Positions 59,661 through 64,000 of a stretch of DNA of 64,000 bases are shown here, one piece after another. The translations under genes were made by a program, and so were the position numbers. The notes beneath the pieces are model-generated. The model made no database searches, was not told the DNA's origin, and was given only the letters and a program-made list of their open reading frames with translations. The DNA is from Blastocatellia bacterium (GTDB lineage Bacteria; Acidobacteriota; Blastocatellia; RBC074): NCBI GenBank assembly GCA_043783625.1, contig JAYVZE010000200.1, positions 14,097 to 78,096 of the forward strand, given 5' to 3'. Position 1 is the stretch's first letter. Every line of letters starts with the position of its first letter.

Positions 59661-60752
59661 CTATTTGCCTAGATGTTGATGGAAGAAGCGAGCGACCTCT
59701 TGCCAGATTTCAACGGACTCCGGGGCTTGATAAAGACCCACGTAAAGCGAGTGAGACATCGCTTCAAAAACGTGAAGCTGTGCCGCTACTCCCGCCTGAC
59801 GTAATTTGCGATGGATGCGCACAGTGTCACTGAGAAAAATATCCCGAGTACCGGAAATCAGAATCGTGGGTGGTAATCCTTTCAGGTCTCCGTATATCGG
59901 AGAAATCAAGGGGTTCTTCAAATCTTCCGTCCCCGCATAGACCTGAGCCGCCAAAGGAAGAAATCCGTCAGGCGTTGGAAGTGCGTTGTCAATGTACTCA
60001 TTCGTGCGCAAACTATCGCTCGCCAGCGTCAAATCAACCCAGGGTGTCCCGCTAAAGATCGCGCCGGGTAAGGGCAGTTTCAGTGCCTTCAGCTTCAGCG
60101 CCGTCGCAATAGATAATCCCCCGCCACAAGAGCTGCCGCCAATTCCGATGTTGGCAGGTTTGTACTGCCTCATGACTTCCTTTATTACGGTGACAGTGTC
60201 ATCCAAAGCTGCGGGGAACGGATGTTCGGGAGCCAAGCGAAAGTCTACTGAGATAACCTTCATTTTCGTGTGAGCAGCAAGCAAGATGCCTTCCGAGATA
60301 CCAGTTCCGCCGCCGGAGAAAACATAACCACCTCCATGCAAATGGATGAGAACTCTGTTCCGATTCTCGGATGGAATCTGGTCAGGGGTTATCGTGTGAA
60401 TCTTCACTCCAGCCATGACACCAGGTTCAATTTTTCCCTGAAAGGTTTCGCTGATCGCTCTTACCAATCGCAACGCCCCAGCCGCCCTGGCCGAACGAGA
60501 GGCTTCCCATTCTTCCTTGCTCCTGGGAGTTGTAGAGCGAAAGAAGTTCAGCGCAGGTTCAATGGATGCCTCGATTGATTTTTGCAATTCAGGGCTGGGG
60601 TTGAGTGGCACCGGAATGCGGTGCGCCGGGATTTGGCGATCTGGCGGCTTGCCTGCATCCTGCGCTGCTTGTGAATAAGCGGCACTAGTGGGTAACCAGA
60701 TAAGCACAACCAGAAACATCAGATGGCTTCGATAGTTTATTTCGCTTCTCAT
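59661..60752 (-). CDS. secreted alpha/beta hydrolase fold-3 esterase/lipase (HSL-like)
   Basis: HGGGY oxyanion motif, GGSSCGG nucleophile region. Alternative start at 60719. Confidence 0.65.
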   Translation of the reverse strand: MRSEINYRSHLMFLVVLIWLPTSAAYSQAAQDAGKPPDRQIPAHRIPVPLNPSPELQKSIEASIEPALNFFRSTTPRSKEEWEASRSARAAGALRLVRAISETFQGKIEPGVMAGVKIHTITPDQIPSENRNRVLIHLHGGGYVFSGGGTGISEGILLAAHTKMKVISVDFRLAPEHPFPAALDDTVTVIKEVMRQYKPANIGIGGSSCGGGLSIATALKLKALKLPLPGAIFSGTPWVDLTLASDSLRTNEYIDNALPTPDGFLPLAAQVYAGTEDLKNPLISPIYGDLKGLPPTILISGTRDIFLSDTVRIHRKLRQAGVAAQLHVFEAMSHSLYVGLYQAPESVEIWQEVARFFHQHLGK

Positions 60753-60782
60753 AAATTATGACCCCTTGACTGCCCCAACTCG

Positions 60783-60813
60783 TTATAAAAATCCAAGTCC
60801 CATTCGATGTCAC
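60783..60813. repeat. 31 nt direct repeat copy B (ttataaaaatccaagtcccattcgatgtcac), matching 63927..63958
   Basis: 26/31 identity with copy A. Overlaps the last codons of the GH106-like gene. Minus-strand translation gives ..DIEWDLDFYNELG, echoing the C-terminus of the gene at the window end. Confidence 0.55.
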
Positions 60814-63800
60814 TTGCCTGTCTTTTGCCAAACAATTGCTTGCACGTATGGCGTCAGCACAACCGGCCCAACTAAGCCGTAGGGCTGCACGATTCCTCGC
60901 TTGGCGACATCATCGTCCAGCTTCACCAAACGATTATTCAACGTCGTGGCGACGCGCACCGCGATGGTGTTACGACCAGGTTTGAGATACGCGCCGATGT
61001 CGCCCGCCGCGCTGAGTTGGTCAATGCTGACGGGCTTGTCATTCACGGTGACAGTAAAAGTATCAAAGACTTCGCCAAGACTTAATCGTGCGCCATGCGC
61101 CTTCGTCCAATTGGACGGCAGCTCAATACTCGTAGTGTAAACACCGATGCCCGAAGTATTTTGCAGCACCGGAATTTCAGGCCACGCTTTGAGTTCTTTC
61201 AGATCAAGTTCGCTTTGTGTTTTGCGGGTTTCCACCGCTGCGGCTCCGAATGTCGTCGCGTAGGGATTCGCGGGCTGCCAGTCTTCTACTTTCAGACTCC
61301 AATTCGCTTTGGTTAAGTCTAATGCGGCGGGTGCGGCAGCGATGGTGCTGCGAACGGTGCGACCATTGCTAAGCGTTGTGCTGTATGTTCCTGATTTTGC
61401 CGCGCGGATTACAATTGAGTTTCCTTCTACGACCGCTTCGTCGGCGGTGGTTTGAGTGACGTGCAGCGCAGGAGCCGCGCCGCCAAAGCGATTGGGTTGC
61501 TCACTTAACGCAATCAACATGCCATTATCCCGCGATAACCGCAGGCGAAATGTGATGCGGTCGCCGCTGGTTTTGTAATTCGCAATCGGCGTAATTTTTC
61601 CTGACCACGCATCCAGCAGGTAAGGCTGTCCTCGCCCTTCCAAACTTACCTCGCGCTCCACGGGTTGTCCCGCAGCAGGCTCAAACAGTGTGGTCGGTTC
61701 GTCCGGCGGACTCATAATTCCCTGATTGTAGAAAAAGTAATAATCCGTTTTGGTGGCGTCGTCGCGCCGACGAAGGCTGAGCAATGAAGAGGGAGAAGCA
61801 GGTTCTGCTGCGGGGCGAACGCCCAATGCGCGCAATTTTTCTGGCACGTCGGATTCGTGCGCTGCGCGTGATACCGAACGCTCCGCCAGCAATTCGTCGA
61901 TCACAGATTTCAACGTCGCATCAGCTTCCGGCTTGTTGCCGGGCGTACGATCCGGCGGGGTTCCAATCACAATAATAGGCAGTCCCGCGCGTGCAAATCC
62001 AAGAATCTTGCGTGCGATTTCAATCGGCATTGCCGTCTTGACTGGATCAGTTGGGGGACCTTGTTCGCTATCAAGAATCAACGCTTTGTATGCAGGGCCA
62101 TTTGCTGCAAGACGTTTTCCGGTAACGGTGGCATTCGGCAAATTCAACATGTTCGGATTGAGGTAATCCCGCGTGTAACCCGCCTCTTGCAGTTTCGCAT
62201 CACCCCAATGCCGAAACTTCATGCTTTGCGATGGAGGGTAAAGATAATTCTGCATGTACACCGCTACATCGGTTTTTGCGTCTCCCTGCGTGAGGACTTG
62301 TTGGTTGCGAGCGAAATAATCGTTGTACGTGCGAGCGTCTATCCAAAACGGATTGCGTGGCCCCCACGCATTGGAAAACCCCGCTGCGCCAAAATTGTGA
62401 TAGCCCGGCCATTTCCACGTCGCGCCATCGCGGTACGGATAGACGTGATAGACAAGCTTCGTGATACCGCCGCCGAAACTGCGGTGCATCTTAATCACAG
62501 CATCCTGAAAAGTCTGTGCATTATTACGATTAAGCGTGGGGCAACATTCAGTCGAATACCAAGAATTTCCGGTCATGTGATTTGCCGAAGCCATTGGCAA
62601 GTAATTGTCAATTTCATCACCTACAAACAACGATTCATATTCAGGGCGATCAACCGCCGCCGTAGCTTGCACCATATCCGTGATCGGAATTGTCAGATTG
62701 GCTTCGCCTTCCACTTGCACGCGCAAAACGTTGTTGTACTTGCGAGCCCATTGCCGCAGCGGAGCGATTTGTTTTTCCAGCCAGATGTCGCCACGCACAG
62801 CATAAAAATCTTCGCGCACGCGCGGCGCACTGCCATCATTGAAATCGAAAATTTCGCGGAACAACGCAGGCAAATTTGGCATCAGCGGATAGTGGCGACG
62901 GCTACTGAATTCCTCCGCCATTTTGTTCGTCCAGAGTTCATCGGGGCTACCGCGATCTACGGAATGTGAATCAATAAAAATGTCTCCGCCATTTGCTTTC
63001 AAAAGCACCTTTACTTCCGGGCTTAACTCGCGTTCCAACCCGTTAATTAGCTCGGCATAGCCTTCTTCGCTGAACGGATCAGGCTGCGCAAAAACGCCGC
63101 GTGACCAGAAACCGATAACCATCCATTGCGCACCCGCCGGAGTCGTTGGGGCAGCCCACTGCAATTCGCCAGCCGTTGTTGCTCCCAATACGCCATCCTG
63201 ATTTTTCCCCGTGACTATCGCTGTCAAATCAATCACCGAAGAGCGATCCAGTTGCACTGACCCTGTCGCCTGACACGGCGTTTGTACGCAGCGATACGCC
63301 AGCACCGCAATAAGATTGGCGCGTTTTGCCTGCGGCCCTCGCCCTGCACCAGGCGGCGGCCCCGTCGGAGCGGCAGCCCCACGCGGCGGAGCAACTCCGA
63401 ACCCGCTACGGCTGCCTTGTGTTTGTGTAGGTGGCGGAACTGCGCCTTGAAATGTAGCTCCGGCGTTAACTGCAACTTTACCAACGAACAAAGATTTTCT
63501 TGCATGGTCAGCATCTATCGAATAGCCCACCGGATTTACAGTCGGCCCATGACTAAGGCTGACTTTCACGCCAAGCTGATTCGCAGCGGTCAGCAACGCG
63601 ACGAGTTGATCGTTGTTCGGATATGCGCCTTGCCCGATTTCTATACCAGCGATTCCGCTTTCGTGAAGTTGCCGTACAGTGTTTTTGATTTCCGCCGGAT
63701 CTGCTGTCGCGGGCATATTCATCCGCACCCACGGCAAATCTACGGCAGGCGGATGCGCGAATGTCGCCGCAGTAAGCGGAGTCACTGGATTAAACTTGCG

Positions 63801-63899
63801 CCATTCAGTGCGTAGCGTTTGAGCCACGTTGCCATTTTGGGCAGTCACAGAAAAGACGATCAGCAGGATGCTGGTCATAACAAGAAACGATTTCTTCAT
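60810..63899 (-). CDS. secreted large glycoside hydrolase, GH106-like (putative alpha-L-rhamnosidase), paralog of 15873..19217
   Basis: Signal peptide and N-terminal PWVRMNMP...EIKNTVRQLHESGIAGIEIGQG motif paralogous to the WWHWMNGN...MKRVGIGG motif of the other copy. 1029 aa. Contains GA-rich low-complexity insertion. Confidence 0.5.
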   Translation of the reverse strand: MKKSFLVMTSILLIVFSVTAQNGNVAQTLRTEWRKFNPVTPLTAATFAHPPAVDLPWVRMNMPATADPAEIKNTVRQLHESGIAGIEIGQGAYPNNDQLVALLTAANQLGVKVSLSHGPTVNPVGYSIDADHARKSLFVGKVAVNAGATFQGAVPPPTQTQGSRSGFGVAPPRGAAAPTGPPPGAGRGPQAKRANLIAVLAYRCVQTPCQATGSVQLDRSSVIDLTAIVTGKNQDGVLGATTAGELQWAAPTTPAGAQWMVIGFWSRGVFAQPDPFSEEGYAELINGLERELSPEVKVLLKANGGDIFIDSHSVDRGSPDELWTNKMAEEFSSRRHYPLMPNLPALFREIFDFNDGSAPRVREDFYAVRGDIWLEKQIAPLRQWARKYNNVLRVQVEGEANLTIPITDMVQATAAVDRPEYESLFVGDEIDNYLPMASANHMTGNSWYSTECCPTLNRNNAQTFQDAVIKMHRSFGGGITKLVYHVYPYRDGATWKWPGYHNFGAAGFSNAWGPRNPFWIDARTYNDYFARNQQVLTQGDAKTDVAVYMQNYLYPPSQSMKFRHWGDAKLQEAGYTRDYLNPNMLNLPNATVTGKRLAANGPAYKALILDSEQGPPTDPVKTAMPIEIARKILGFARAGLPIIVIGTPPDRTPGNKPEADATLKSVIDELLAERSVSRAAHESDVPEKLRALGVRPAAEPASPSSLLSLRRRDDATKTDYYFFYNQGIMSPPDEPTTLFEPAAGQPVEREVSLEGRGQPYLLDAWSGKITPIANYKTSGDRITFRLRLSRDNGMLIALSEQPNRFGGAAPALHVTQTTADEAVVEGNSIVIRAAKSGTYSTTLSNGRTVRSTIAAAPAALDLTKANWSLKVEDWQPANPYATTFGAAAVETRKTQSELDLKELKAWPEIPVLQNTSGIGVYTTSIELPSNWTKAHGARLSLGEVFDTFTVTVNDKPVSIDQLSAAGDIGAYLKPGRNTIAVRVATTLNNRLVKLDDDVAKRGIVQPYGLVGPVVLTPYVQAIVWQKTGK

Positions 63900-63910
63900 A
63901 GCTATTCCTA

Positions 63911-64000
63911 TTACGCGCCAAATTCTTTATAAAAATCTACGTCCCATTCGATTTCGCCCATCATAAATGGCGGCGGAGTTTGCATCCAGATCATTGTGCC
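63911..64000 (-). CDS. C-terminal fragment of a gene continuing beyond the window (ends ...MIWMQTPPPFMMGEIEWDVDFYKEFGA)
   Basis: Open minus-strand frame to the window edge with TAA at 63911..63913. The 3' end carries direct-repeat copy A. Confidence 0.4.
   Translation of the reverse strand, partial: GTMIWMQTPPPFMMGEIEWDVDFYKEFGA

Noticed and set aside
62061-62969. 302 aa plus-strand ORF inside the second GH106-like gene
   Set aside because: Antisense to a long, signal-peptide-bearing hydrolase gene. High Arg/Ile content and no motifs. Judged a non-coding shadow ORF.

Overview
This 64 kb window is a gene-dense (about 92% coding, mostly minus-strand) accessory-type region of a Gram-negative soil-type genome, most likely Acidobacteriota. 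Support for that guess: three TonB-dependent receptors with the N-terminal carboxypeptidase-regulatory-like domain and no SusD partner, many secreted glycoside hydrolases and esterases, and PQQ quinoproteins. There are no rRNA, tRNA or CRISPR arrays. The content falls into five blocks. (1) A partial sensor kinase, type II NADH dehydrogenase (NDH-2), TatD, chorismate dehydratase MqnA and an S9 peptidase. (2) An L-rhamnose utilisation locus: FGGY rhamnulokinase-like kinase, a TonB-dependent receptor, L-rhamnose isomerase, the bifunctional rhamnulose-1-phosphate aldolase/short-chain dehydrogenase (SDR), a GH106-like rhamnosidase, an SGNH esterase. It is interrupted by a REP-associated tyrosine transposase (RAYT) flanked by its own REP hairpins. 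(3) Two further TonB-dependent receptor units (a TPR protein and a beta-propeller protein downstream of the first; GlcG-like protein, amidohydrolase and regulator upstream of the second), plus a cupin, PQQ dehydrogenases with c-type cytochromes and an FAD monooxygenase. (4) A hemicellulose-debranching cluster (GH3, GH51, GH43, CE1-type esterases) with a putative sugar lactonase and a fumarylacetoacetate hydrolase (FAH) family dehydratase. (5) Aerobic benzoyl-CoA (box) pathway genes (benzoate-CoA ligase, boxC, boxB) in the same gene string as secreted esterases, with no boxA in the window. Beyond genes, the intergenic spaces hold several repeat families. These are two REP-like palindromes, a covarying GCAGGATGC hairpin family, a roughly 180 bp nested-palindrome element present twice, and a 31 nt direct repeat flanking a GH106-like gene.
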